64,000 bases of DNA. Source: the human T2T-CHM13v2.0 reference genome, Homo sapiens. A program made the position numbers and the translations under genes. Positions 1 to 13,200 of this stretch are shown here, one piece after another. Numbering within the stretch: the first letter of the stretch is position 1; each line of letters begins with the position of its first letter. The notes under the pieces were generated by a model. That model was not told the DNA's origin. It did not search any database and worked only from the letters and a program-made list of their open reading frames with translations. The stretch is taken from the NCBI RefSeq assembly GCF_009914755.1, contig NC_060938.1, one strand, 5' to 3'.

Positions 1-68
1 TGACTTGAATGCACATATCACAAGGAAGTTTCTGAGAATGCTTCTGTCGAGATTTTATATGAAGATAT

Positions 69-85
69 TCCCGTTTCCAACGAAA
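69..85 (-). promoter_or_regulatory. CENP-B box (1 of 4 per HOR; recurs every 1364 bp)
   Basis: TCCCGTTTCCAACGAAA is the reverse complement of TTTCGTTGGAAACGGGA, a perfect match to YTTCGTTGGAARCGGGA. Confidence 0.98.
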
Positions 86-239
86 TCCTGAAATCTATCC
101 AAATATCCCCTTGCAGATTCTACAAAAAGAGTGTTTCAAAACTGCTCTGTAAAAAGAAAGGTTCAACTCTGTTAGTTGAGTACACACATCACAAACAAGT
201 TTCACACAATGCTTCTTTCTAGCTTGTAGGGGAAGATAT

Positions 240-256
240 TCCCTTTATCACCATGG
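240..256. promoter_or_regulatory. Diverged pJalpha/A-box position of an A-type monomer
   Basis: TCCCTTTATCACCATGG sits at the box-equivalent position 171 bp from a CENP-B box; several mismatches to TTCCTTTTYCACCRTAG. Confidence 0.6.
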
Positions 257-410
257 GCCTCCAACCGTCCGATAAGTCCACTTCCATATACTACAAAAAG
301 AGCGTTTCAAACCTGCTCTATGAAAGGCAATGTTCAACTCTGTGACTTGAATGCAGACATCACAGAGCAGTTTCTGAGAATGCTTCTGTCTAGATTTTAT
401 AGGAAGATAT

Positions 411-427
411 TCCCGTTTCCAACGAAA
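411..427 (-). promoter_or_regulatory. CENP-B box (2 of 4 per HOR)
   Basis: TCCCGTTTCCAACGAAA, 342 bp after the previous box. Confidence 0.98.
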
Positions 428-581
428 TCTTCACAGCTATCCAAATATCCACTTGCAGATTCTACAAAAAGAGTGTATCAAAACTGCTCTGTCAAAAGGA
501 AGGTTCTTTTCTGTTAGGTGAGTGCATACGTCATAAAGGAGTTTCTGAGAATGTTTCTGTCTAGTGGTTATGGGAAGATAT

Positions 582-598
582 TTGCTTTTTCACCGTAG
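582..598. promoter_or_regulatory. pJalpha/A-box of an A-type monomer
   Basis: TTGCTTTTTCACCGTAG, one mismatch to TTCCTTTTYCACCRTAG. Confidence 0.75.
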
Positions 599-752
599 GC
601 CTCAGAGCGCTCCAAATATCCACTTGCACATACTACAAAAAGAGTGCCTCAAAGCTGCTCTCTGAAACGGAATGTTCAACTCTATGAGTTGAATGCAAAC
701 ATCGCAAAGACGTTTCTGAGAATGCTTCTGTCTAGATTTGATATGAAGATAT

Positions 753-769
753 TCCCGTTTCCAACGAAA
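753..769 (-). promoter_or_regulatory. CENP-B box (3 of 4 per HOR)
   Basis: TCCCGTTTCCAACGAAA, 342 bp after the previous box. Confidence 0.98.
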
Positions 770-923
770 TCTTCAAATCTATCCAAATGTCCACTTGCAG
801 ATTCAACAAAAAGTGTTTTTCAGAACTGCTCTATCAAAAGAAAGATCCACCTCTGTTAGCTGAGTTCACACATCACAAACAAGTTTATGAGAATGCTTCT
901 GTCTAGTTTTTATTTGAAGATAT

Positions 924-940
924 TTCCTTTCTCACCATAG
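924..940. promoter_or_regulatory. pJalpha/A-box of an A-type monomer
   Basis: TTCCTTTCTCACCATAG, one mismatch to the consensus. Confidence 0.75.
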
Positions 941-1090
941 AGCTGAAAGCTGTCCTAATGTTCACTTCCAGATACTACAGAAAGAGTGTTTCAAAACTGC
1001 TGTACGAAAGGGAATGTTCAACTATGTGACTTGAATGCACACATCACAAAGAAGTTTCTGAGGATGCTGCTGTCTACTTTTTATACGTAA

Positions 1091-1107
1091 TCCCGTTTCC
1101 AACGAAA
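1091..1107 (-). promoter_or_regulatory. CENP-B box (4 of 4 per HOR), next to a fixed 4-bp deletion
   Basis: TCCCGTTTCCAACGAAA, 338 bp after the previous box. The last copy is at 63831-63847, giving 47 x 4 = 188 box positions in the window. Confidence 0.98.
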
Positions 1108-1261
1108 TCCTCCAGGCTATCCAAATATCCACTTGCAGATTCCACAGAAAGACTGTTTCAAAACTGCTCTGTCAATAGAAAGGTTCAACTCTGTTAGCTG
1201 CGTGCATATATCCCAAAGAAGATTCTGAGATTGCTTCTGTCTAGTTTTTATGGGAAGATAT

Positions 1262-1278
1262 TTCCCTTTTCACCGTAG
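1262..1278. promoter_or_regulatory. pJalpha/A-box of an A-type monomer
   Basis: TTCCCTTTTCACCGTAG, one mismatch to the consensus. Confidence 0.75.
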
Positions 1279-4200
1279 GCGTCAAGGCGCTCCAAATGTC
1301 CACTTCCAGATACTACAAAAAGAGTGTTTCAAACCTACTCTGTGAAAGGGAATATTCAACTCTGTGACTTGAATGCACATATCACAAAGAAGTTTCTGAG
1401 AATGCTTCTGTCGAGATTTTATATGAAGATATTCCCGTTTCCAACGAAATCCTGAAATGTATCCAAATATCCCCTCGCAGATTCTACAAAAAGAGTGTTT
1501 CAAAACTGCTCTGTGAAAAGAAAGGTTCAACTCTGTTAGTTGAGTACACACATCACAAACAAGTTTCACAGAATGCTTCTTTCTAGCTTGTAGGGGAAGA
1601 TATTCCCTTTATCACCATGGGCCTCCAACCGTCCGAAACATCCACTTCCATATACTACAAAAAGAGCGTTTCAAACCTGCTCTATGAAAGGCAATGTTCA
1701 ACTCTGTGACTTGAATGCAGACATCACAGAGCAGTTTCTGAGAATGCTTCTGTCTAGATTTTATAGGAAGATATTCCCGTTTCCAACGAAATCTTCACAG
1801 CTATCCAAATATCCACTTGCAGATTCTACAAAAAGAGTGTATCAAAACTGCTCTGTCAAAAGGAAGGTTCTTCTCTGTTAGGTTAGTGCATACGTCATAA
1901 AGGAGTTTCTGAGAATGTTTCTGTCTAGTGGTTATGGGAAGATATTTGCTTTTTCACCGTAGGCCTCAGAGCGCTCCAAATATCCACTTGCACATACTAC
2001 AAAAAGAGTGCTTCAAAGCTGCTCTCTGAAACGGAATGTTCAACTCTATGAGTTGAATGCAAACATCACAAAGACGTTTCTGAGAATGCTTCTGTCTAGA
2101 TTTGATATGAAGATATTCCCGTTTCCAACGAAATCTTCAAATCTATCCAAATGTCCACTTGCAGATTCAACAAAAAGTGTTTTTCACAACTGCTCTATCA
2201 AAAGAAAGATCCACCTCTGTTAGCTGAGTTCACACATCACAAACAAGTTTATGAGAATGCTTCTGTCTAGTTTTTATTTGAAGATATTTCCTTTCTCACC
2301 ATAGAGCTGAAAGCTGTCCTAATGTTCACTTCCAGATACTACAGAAAGAGTGTTTCAAAACTGCTGTACGAAAGGGAATGTTCAACTCTGTGACTTGAAT
2401 GCACACATCACAAAGAAGTTTCTGAGGATGCTGCTGTCTACTTTTTATACGTAATCCCGTTTCCAACGAAATCCTCCAAGCTATCCAAATATCCACTTGC
2501 AGATTCCACAGAAAGACTGTTTCAAAACTGCTCTGTCAATAGAAAGGTTCAACTCTGTTAGCTGCATGCATATATCCCAAAGAAGATTCTGAGATTGCTT
2601 CTGTCTAGTTTTTATGGGAAGATATTTCCCTTTTCACCGTAGGCGTCAAGGCGCTCCAAATGTCCACTTCCAGATACTACAAAAAGAGTGTTTCAAACCT
2701 ACTCTGTGAAAGGGAATATTCAACTCTGTGACTTGAATGCACATATCACAAGGAAGTTTCTGAGAATGCTTCTGTCGAGATTTTATATGAAGATATTCCC
2801 GTTTCCAACGAAATCCTGAAATCTATCCAAATATCCCCTTGCAGATTCTACAAAAAGAGTGTTTCAAAACTGCTCTGTAAAAAGAAAAGTTCAACTCTGT
2901 TAGTTGAGTACACACATCACAAACAAGTTTCACACAATGCTTCTTTCTAGCTTGTAGGGGAAGATATTCCCTTTATCACCATGGGCCTCAAACCGTCCGA
3001 TAAGTCCACTTCCATATACTACAAAAAGAGCGTTTCAAACCTGCTCTATGAAAGGCAATGTTCAACTCTGTGACTTGAATGCAGACATCACAGAGCAGTT
3101 TCTGAGAATGCTTCTGTCTAGATTTTATAGGAAGATATTCCCGTTTCCAACGAAATCTTCACAGCTATCCAAATATCCACTTGCAGATTCTACAAAAAGA
3201 GTGTATCAAAACTGCTCTGTCAAAAGGAAGGTTCTTTTCTGTTAGGTGAGTGCATACGTCATAAAGGAGTTTCTGAGAATGTTTCTGTCTAGTGGTTATG
3301 GGAAGATATTTGCTTTTTCACCGTAGGCCTCAGAGCGCTCCAAATATCCACTTGCACATACTACAAAAAGAGTGCCTCAAAGCTGCTCTCTGAAACGGAA
3401 TGTTCAACTCTATGAGTTGAATGCAAACATCGCAAAGACGTTTCTGAGAATGCTTCTGTCTAGATTTGATATGAAGATATTCCCGTTTCCAACGAAATCT
3501 TCAAATCTATCCAAATGTCCACTTGCAGATTCAACAAAAAGTGTTTTTCAGAACTGCTCTATCAAAAGAAAGATCCACCTCTGTTAGCTGAGTTCACACA
3601 TCACAAACAAGTTTATGAGAATGCTTCTGTCTAGTTTTTATTTGAAGATATTTCCTTTCTCACCATAGAGCTGAAAGCTGTCCTAATGTTCACTTCCAGA
3701 TACTACAGAAAGAGTGTTTCAAAACTGCTGTACGAAAGGGAATGTTCAACTCTGTGACTTGAATGCACACATCACAAAGAAGTTTCTGAGGATGCTGCTG
3801 TCTACTTTTTATACGTAATCCCGTTTCCAACGAAATCCTCCAAGCTATCCAAATATCCACTTGCAGATTCCACAGAAAGACTGTTTCAAAACTGCTCTGT
3901 CAATAGAAAGGTTCAACTCTGTTAGCTGCGTGCATATATCCCAAAGAAGATTCTGAGATTGCTTCTGTCTAGTTTTTATGGGAAGATATTTCCCTTTTCA
4001 CCGTAGGTGTCAAGGCGCTCCAAATGTCCACTTCCAGATACTACAAAAAGAGTGTTTCAAACCTACTCTGTGAAAGGGAATATTCAACTCTGTGACTTGA
4101 ATGCACATATCACAAAGAAGTTTCTGAGAATGCTTCTGTCGAGATTTTATATGAAGATATTCCCGTTTCCAACGAAATGCTGAAATCTATCCAAATATCC

Positions 4201-7200
4201 CCTCGCAGATTCTACAAAAAGAGTGTTTCAAAACTGCTCTGTGAAAAGAAAGGTTCAACTCTGTTAGTTGAGTACACACATCACAAACAAGTTTCACAGA
4301 ATGCTTCTTTCTAGCTTGTAGGGGAAGATATTCCCTTTATCACCATGGGCCTCCAACCGTCCGAAACATCCACTTCCATATACTACAAAAAGAGCGTTTC
4401 AAACCTGCTCTATGAAAGGCAATGTTCAACTCTGTGACTTGAATGCAGACATCACAGAGCAGTTTCTGAGAATGCTTCTGTCTAGATTTTATAGGAAGAT
4501 ATTCCCGTTTCCAACGAAATCTTCACAGCTATCCAAATATCCACTTGCAGATTCTACAAAAAGAGTGTATCAAAACTGCTCTGTCAAAAGGAAGGTTCTT
4601 CTCTGTTAGGTGAGTGCATACGTCATAAAGGAGTTTCTGAGAATGTTTCTGTCTAGTGGTTATGGGAAGATATTTGCTTTTTCACCGTAGGCCTCAGAGC
4701 GCTCCAAATATCCACTTGCACATACTACAAAAAGAGTGCTTCAAAGCTGCTCTCTGAAACGGAATGTTCAACTCTATGAGTTGAATGCAAACATCACAAA
4801 GACGTTTCTGAGAATGCTTCTGTCTAGATTTGATATGAAGATATTCCCGTTTCCAACGAAATCTTCAAATCTATCCAAATGTCCACTTGCAGATTCAACA
4901 AAAAGTGTTTTTCAGAACTGCTCTATCAAAAGAAAGATCCACCTCTGTTAGCTGAGTTCACACATCACAAACAAGTTTATGAGAATGCTTCTGTCTAGTT
5001 TTTATTTGAAGATATTTCCTTTCTCACCATAGAGCTGAAAGCTGTCCTAATGTTCACTTCCAGATACTACAGAAAGAGTGTTTCAAAACTGCTGTACGAA
5101 AGGGAATGTTCAACTCTGTGACTTGAATGCACACATCACAAAGAAGTTTCTGAGGATGCTGCTGTCTACTTTTTATACGTAATCCCGTTTCCAACGAAAT
5201 CCTCCAAGCTATCCAAATATCCACTTGCAGATTCCACAGAAAGACTGTTTCAAAACTGCTCTGTCAATAGAAAGGTTCAACTCTGTTAGCTGCATGCATA
5301 TATCCCAAAGAAGATTCTGAGATTGCTTCTGTCTAGTTTTTATGGGAAGATATTTCCCTTTTCACCGTAGGCGTCAAGGCGCTCCAAATGTCCACTTCCA
5401 GATACTACAAAAAGAGTGTTTCAAACCTACTCTGTGAAAGGGAATATTCAACTCTGTGACTTGAATGCACATATCACAAGGAAGTTTCTGAGAATGCTTC
5501 TGTCGAGATTTTATATGAAGATATTCCCGTTTCCAACGAAATCCTGAAATGTATCCAAATATCCCCTTGCAGATTCTACAAAAAGAGTGTTTCAAAACTG
5601 CTCTGTAAAAAGAAAGGTTCAACTCTGTTAGTTGAGTACACACATCACAAACAAGTTTCACACAATGCTTCTTTCTAGCTTGTAGGGGAAGATATTCCCT
5701 TTATCACCATGGGCCTCAAACCGTCCGATAAGTCCACTTCCATATACTACAAAAAGAGCGTTTCAAACCTGCTCTATGAAAGGCAATGTTCAACTCTGTG
5801 ACTTGAATGCAGACATCACAGAGCAGTTTCTGAGAATGCTTCTGTCTAGATTTTATAGGAAGATATTCCCGTTTCCAACGAAATCTTCACAGCTATCCAA
5901 ATATCCACTTGCAGATTCTACAAAAAGAGTGTATCAAAACTGCTCTGTGAAAAGGAAGGTTCTTTTCTGTTAGGTGAGTGCATACGTCATAAAGGAGTTT
6001 CTGAGAATGTTTCTGTCTAGTGGTTATGGGAAGATATTTGCTTTTTCACCGTAGGCCTCAGAGCGCTCCAAATATCCACTTGCACATACTACAAAAAGAG
6101 TGCCTCAAAGCTGCTCTCTGAAACGGAATGTTCAACTCTATGAGTTGAATGCAAACATCGCAAAGACGTTTCTGAGAATGCTTCTGTCTAGATTTGATAT
6201 GAAGATATTCCCGTTTCCAACGAAATCTTCAAATCTATCCAAATGTCCACTTGCAGATTCAACAAAAAGTGTTTTTCAGAACTGCTCTATCAAAAGAAAG
6301 ATCCACCTCTGTTAGCTGAGTTCACACATCACAAACAAGTTTATGAGAATGCTTCTGTCTAGTTTTTATTTGAAGATATTTCCTTTCTCACCATAGAGCT
6401 GAAAGCTGTCCTAATGTTCACTTCCAGATACTACAGAAAGAGTGTTTCAAAACTGCTGTACGAAAGGGAATGTTCAACTATGTGACTTGAATGCACACAT
6501 CACAAAGAAGTTTCTGAGGATGCTGCTGTCTACTTTTTATACGTAATCCCGTTTCCAACGAAATCCTCCAGGCTATCCAAATATCCACTTGCAGATTCCA
6601 CAGAAAGACTGTTTCAAAACTGCTCTGTCAATAGAAAGGTTCAACTCTGTTAGCTGCGTGCATATATCCCAAAGAAGATTCTGAGATTGCTTCTGTCTAG
6701 TTTTTATGGGAAGATATTTCCCTTTTCACCGTAGGCGTCAAGGCGCTCCAAATGTCCACTTCCAGATACTACAAAAAGAGTGTTTCAAACCTACTCTGTG
6801 AAAGGGAATATTCAACTCTGTGACTTGAATGCACATATCACAAAGAAGTTTCTGAGAATGCTTCTGTCGAGATTTTATATGAAGATATTCCCGTTTCCAA
6901 CGAAATCCTGAAATGTATCCAAATATCCCCTCGCAGATTCTACAAAAAGAGTGTTTCAAAACTGCTCTGTGAAAAGAAAGGTTCAACTCTGTTAGTTGAG
7001 TACACACATCACAAACAAGTTTCACAGAATGCTTCTTTCTAGCTTGTAGGGGAAGATATTCCCTTTATCACCATGGGCCTCCAACCGTCCGAAACATCCA
7101 CTTCCATATACTACAAAAAGAGCGTTTCAAACCTGCTCTATGAAAGGCAATGTTCAACTCTGTGACTTGAATGCAGACATCACAGAGCAGTTTCTGAGAA

Positions 7201-10200
7201 TGCTTCTGTCTAGATTTTATAGGAAGATATTCCCGTTTCCAACGAAATCTTCACAGCTATCCAAATATCCACTTGCAGATTCTACAAAAAGAGTGTATCA
7301 AAACTGCTCTGTCAAAAGGAAGGTTCTTCTCTGTTAGGTGAGTGCATACGTCATAAAGGAGTTTCTGAGAATGTTTCTGTCTAGTGGTTATGGGAAGATA
7401 TTTGCTTTTTCACCGTAGGCCTCAGAGCGCTCCAAATATCCACTTGCACATACTACAAAAAGAGTGCTTCAAAGCTGCTCTCTGAAACGGAATGTTCAAC
7501 TCTATGAGTTGAATGCAAACATCACAAAGACGTTTCTGAGAATGCTTCTGTCTAGATTTGATATGAAGATATTCCCGTTTCCAACGAAATCTTCAAATCT
7601 ATCCAAATGTCCACTTGCAGATTCAACAAAAAGTGTTTTTCACAACTGCTCTATCAAAAGAAAGATCCACCTCTGTTAGCTGAGTTCACACATCACAAAC
7701 AAGTTTATGAGAATGCTTCTGTCTAGTTTTTATTTGAAGATATTTCCTTTCTCACCATAGAGCTGAAAGCTGTCCTAATGTTCACTTCCAGATACTACAG
7801 AAAGAGTGTTTCAAAACTGCTGTACGAAAGGGAATGTTCAACTCTGTGACTTGAATGCACACATCACAAAGAAGTTTCTGAGGATGCTGCTGTCTACTTT
7901 TTATACGTAATCCCGTTTCCAACGAAATCCTCCAAGCTATCCAAATATCCACTTGCAGATTCCACAGAAAGACTGTTTCAAAACTGCTCTGTCAATAGAA
8001 AGGTTCAACTCTGTTAGCTGCATGCATATATCCCAAAGAAGATTCTGAGATTGCTTCTGTCTAGTTTTTATGGGAAGATATTTCCCTTTTCACCGTAGGC
8101 GTCAAGGCGCTCCAAATGTCCACTTCCAGATACTACAAAAAGAGTGTTTCAAACCTACTCTGTGAAAGGGAATATTCAACTCTGTGACTTGAATGCACAT
8201 ATCACAAGGAAGTTTCTGAGAATGCTTCTGTCGAGATTTTATATGAAGATATTCCCGTTTCCAACGAAATCCTGAAATCTATCCAAATATCCCCTTGCAG
8301 ATTCTACAAAAAGAGTGTTTCAAAACTGCTCTGTAAAAAGAAAAGTTCAACTCTGTTAGTTGAGTACACACATCACAAACAAGTTTCACACAATGCTTCT
8401 TTCTAGCTTGTAGGGGAAGATATTCCCTTTATCACCATGGGCCTCAAACCGTCCGATAAGTCCACTTCCATATACTACAAAAAGAGCGTTTCAAACCTGC
8501 TCTATGAAAGGCAATGTTCAACTCTGTGACTTGAATGCAGACATCACAGAGCAGTTTCTGAGAATGCTTCTGTCTAGATTTTATAGGAAGATATTCCCGT
8601 TTCCAACGAAATCTTCACAGCTATCCAAATATCCACTTGCAGATTCTACAAAAAGAGTGTATCAAAACTGCTCTGTCAAAAGGAAGGTTCTTTTCTGTTA
8701 GGTGAGTGCATACGTCATAAAGGAGTTTCTGAGAATGTTTCTGTCTAGTGGTTATGGGAAGATATTTGCTTTTTCACCGTAGGCCTCAGAGCGCTCCAAA
8801 TATCCACTTGCACATACTACAAAAAGAGTGCCTCAAAGCTGCTCTCTGAAACGGAATGTTCAACTCTATGAGTTGAATGCAAACATCGCAAAGACGTTTC
8901 TGAGAATGCTTCTGTCTAGATTTGATATGAAGATATTCCCGTTTCCAACGAAATCTTCAAATCTATCCAAATGTCCACTTGCAGATTCAACAAAAAGTGT
9001 TTTTCAGAACTGCTCTATCAAAAGAAAGATCCACCTCTGTTAGCTGAGTTCACACATCACAAACAAGTTTATGAGAATGCTTCTGTCTAGTTTTTATTTG
9101 AAGATATTTCCTTTCTCACCATAGAGCTGAAAGCTGTCCTAATGTTCACTTCCAGATACTACAGAAAGAGTGTTTCAAAACTGCTGTACGAAAGGGAATG
9201 TTCAACTATGTGACTTGAATGCACACATCACAAAGAAGTTTCTGAGGATGCTGCTGTCTACTTTTTATACGTAATCCCGTTTCCAACGAAATCCTCCAAG
9301 CTATCCAAATATCCACTTGCAGATTCCACAGAAAGACTGTTTCAAAACTGCTCTGTCAATAGAAAGGTTCAACTCTGTTAGCTGCGTGCATATATCCCAA
9401 AGAAGATTCTGAGATTGCTTCTGTCTAGTTTTTATGGGAAGATATTTCCCTTTTCACCGTAGGTGTCAAGGCGCTCCAAATGTCCACTTCCAGATACTAC
9501 AAAAAGAGTGTTTCAAACCTACTCTGTGAAAGGGAATATTCAACTCTGTGACTTGAATGCACATATCACAAAGAAGTTTCTGAGAATGCTTCTGTCGAGA
9601 TTTTATATGAAGATATTCCCGTTTCCAACGAAATGCTGAAATCTATCCAAATATCCCCTCGCAGATTCTACAAAAAGAGTGTTTCAAAACTGCTCTGTGA
9701 AAAGAAAGGTTCAACTCTGTTAGTTGAGTACACACATCACAAACAAGTTTCACAGAATGCTTCTTTCTAGCTTGTAGGGGAAGATATTCCCTTTATCACC
9801 ATGGGCCTCCAACCGTCCGAAACATCCACTTCCATATACTACAAAAAGAGCGTTTCAAACCTGCTCTATGAAAGGCAATGTTCAACTCTGTGACTTGAAT
9901 GCAGACATCACAGAGCAGTTTCTGAGAATGCTTCTGTCTAGATTTTATAGGAAGATATTCCCGTTTCCAACGAAATCTTCACAGCTATCCAAATATCCAC
10001 TTGCAGATTCTACAAAAAGAGTGTATCAAAACTGCTCTGTCAAAAGGAAGGTTCTTCTCTGTTAGGTGAGTGCATACGTCATAAAGGAGTTTCTGAGAAT
10101 GTTTCTGTCTAGTGGTTATGGGAAGATATTTGCTTTTTCACCGTAGGCCTCAGAGCGCTCCAAATATCCACTTGCACATACTACAAAAAGAGTGCTTCAA

Positions 10201-13200
10201 AGCTGCTCTCTGAAACGGAATGTTCAACTCTATGAGTTGAATGCAAACATCACAAAGACGTTTCTGAGAATGCTTCTGTCTAGATTTGATATGAAGATAT
10301 TCCCGTTTCCAACGAAATCTTCAAATCTATCCAAATGTCCACTTGCAGATTCAACAAAAAGTGTTTTTCAGAACTGCTCTATCAAAAGAAAGATCCACCT
10401 CTGTTAGCTGAGTTCACACATCACAAACAAGTTTATGAGAATGCTTCTGTCTAGTTTTTATTTGAAGATATTTCCTTTCTCACCATAGAGCTGAAAGCTG
10501 TCCTAATGTTCACTTCCAGATACTACAGAAAGAGTGTTTCAAAACTGCTGTACGAAAGGGAATGTTCAACTCTGTGACTTGAATGCACACATCACAAAGA
10601 AGTTTCTGAGGATGCTGCTGTCTACTTTTTATACGTAATCCCGTTTCCAACGAAATCCTCCAAGCTATCCAAATATCCACTTGCAGATTCCACAGAAAGA
10701 CTGTTTCAAAACTGCTCTGTCAATAGAAAGGTTCAACTCTGTTAGCTGCGTGCATATATCCCAAAGAAGATTCTGAGATTGCTTCTGTCTAGTTTTTATG
10801 GGAAGATATTTCCCTTTTCACCGTAGGCGTCAAGGCGCTCCAAATGTCCACTTCCAGATACTACAAAAAGAGTGTTTCAAACCTACTCTGTGAAAGGGAA
10901 TATTCAACTCTGTGACTTGAATGCACATATCACAAAGAAGTTTCTGAGAATGCTTCTGTCGAGATTTTATATGAAGATATTCCCGTTTCCAACGAAATGC
11001 TGAAATCTATCCAAATATCCCCTCGCAGATTCTACAAAAAGAGTGTTTCAAAACTGCTCTGTGAAAAGAAAGGTTCAACTCTGTTAGTTGAGTACACACA
11101 TCACAAACAAGTTTCACAGAATGCTTCTTTCTAGCTTGTAGGGGAAGATATTCCCTTTATCACCATGGGCCTCCAACCGTCCGAAACATCCACTTCCATA
11201 TACTACAAATGAGCGTTTCAAACCTGCTCTATGAAAGGCAATGTTCAACTCTGTGACTTGAATGCAGACATCACAGAGCAGTTTCTGAGAATGCTTCTGT
11301 CTAGATTTTATAGGAAGATATTCCCGTTTCCAACGAAATCTTCACAGCTATCCAAATATCCACTTGCAGATTCTACAAAAAGAGTGTATCAAAACTGCTC
11401 TGTCAAAAGGAAGGTTCTTCTCTGTTAGGTGAGTGCATACGTCATAAAGGAGTTTCTGAGAATGTTTCTGTCTAGTGGTTATGGGAAGATATTTGCTTTT
11501 TCACCGTAGGCCTCAGAGCGCTCCAAATATCCACTTGCACATACTACAAAAAGAGTGCCTCAAAGCTGCTCTCTGAAACGGAATGTTCAACTCTATGAGT
11601 TGAATGCAAACATCACAAAGACGTTTCTGAGAATGCTTCTGTCTAGATTTGATATGAAGATATTCCCGTTTCCAACGAAATCTTCAAATCTATCCAAATG
11701 TCCACTTGCAGATTCAACAAAAAGTGTTTTTCAGAACTGCTCTATCAAAAGAAAGATCCACCTCTGTTAGCTGAGTTCACACATCACAAACAAGTTTATG
11801 AGAATGCTTCTGTCTAGTTTTTATTTGAAGATATTTCCTTTCTCACCATAGAGCTGAAAGCTGTCCTAATGTTCACTTCCAGATACTACAGAAAGAGTGT
11901 TTCAAAACTGCTGTACGAAAGGGAATGTTCAACTCTGTGACTTGAATGCACACATCACAAAGAAGTTTCTGAGGATGCTGCTGTCTACTTTTTATACGTA
12001 ATCCCGTTTCCAACGAAATCCTCCAAGCTATCCAAATATCCACTTGCAGATTCCACAGAAAGACTGTTTCAAAACTGCTCTGTCAATAGAAAGGTTCAAC
12101 TCTGTTAGCTGCGTGCATATATCCCAAAGAAGATTCTGAGATTGCTTCTGTCTAGTTTTTATGGGAAGATATTTCCCTTTTCACCGTAGGTGTCAAGGCG
12201 CTCCAAATGTCCACTTCCAGATACTACAAAAAGAGTGTTTCAAACCTACTCTGTGAAAGGGAATATTCAACTCTGTGACTTGAATGCACATATCACAAAG
12301 AAGTTTCTGAGAATGCTTCTGTCGAGATTTTATATGAAGATATTCCCGTTTCCAACGAAATGCTGAAATCTATCCAAATATCCCCTCGCAGATTCTACAA
12401 AAAGAGTGTTTCAAAACTGCTCTGTGAAAAGAAAGGTTCAACTCTGTTAGTTGAGTACACACATCACAAACAAGTTTCACAGAATGCTTCTTTCTAGCTT
12501 GTAGGGGAAGATATTCCCTTTATCACCATGGGCCTCCAACCGTCCGAAACATCCACTTCCATATACTACAAAAAGAGCGTTTCAAACCTGCTCTATGAAA
12601 GGCAATGTTCAACTCTGTGACTTGAATGCAGACATCACAGAGCAGTTTCTGAGAATGCTTCTGTCTAGATTTTATAGGAAGATATTCCCGTTTCCAACGA
12701 AATCTTCACAGCTATCCAAATATCCACTTGCAGATTCTACAAAAAGAGTGTATCAAAACTGCTCTGTCAAAAGGAAGGTTCTTCTCTGTTAGGTGAGTGC
12801 ATACGTCATAAAGGAGTTTCTGAGAATGTTTCTGTCTAGTGGTTATGGGAAGATATTTGCTTTTTCACCGTAGGCCTCAGAGCGCTCCAAATATCCACTT
12901 GCACATACTACAAAAAGAGTGCTTCAAAGCTGCTCTCTGAAACGGAATGTTCAACTCTATGAGTTGAATGCAAACATCACAAAGACGTTTCTGAGAATGC
13001 TTCTGTCTAGATTTGATATGAAGATATTCCCGTTTCCAACGAAATCTTCAAATCTATCCAAATGTCCACTTGCAGATTCAACAAAAAGTGTTTTTCAGAA
13101 CTGCTCTATCAAAAGAAAGATCCACCTCTGTTAGCTGAGTTCACACATCACAAACAAGTTTATGAGAATGCTTCTGTCTAGTTTTTATTTGAAGATATTT

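Larger units (their letters stand above)
47..1410 (-). repeat. First complete 8-mer HOR unit (TaqI to TaqI, 1364 bp)
   Basis: TCGA occurs at 47 and 1411. Box positions in successive monomers are 69, 240, 411, 582, 753, 924, 1091, 1262 and 1433, giving spacings 171,171,171,171,171,167,171,171 = 1364. TCTAGA at 731 lies 680 bp from TCGA at 1411, matching the alphaXT(680) fragment size recalled for chr14/22. Confidence 0.97.
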
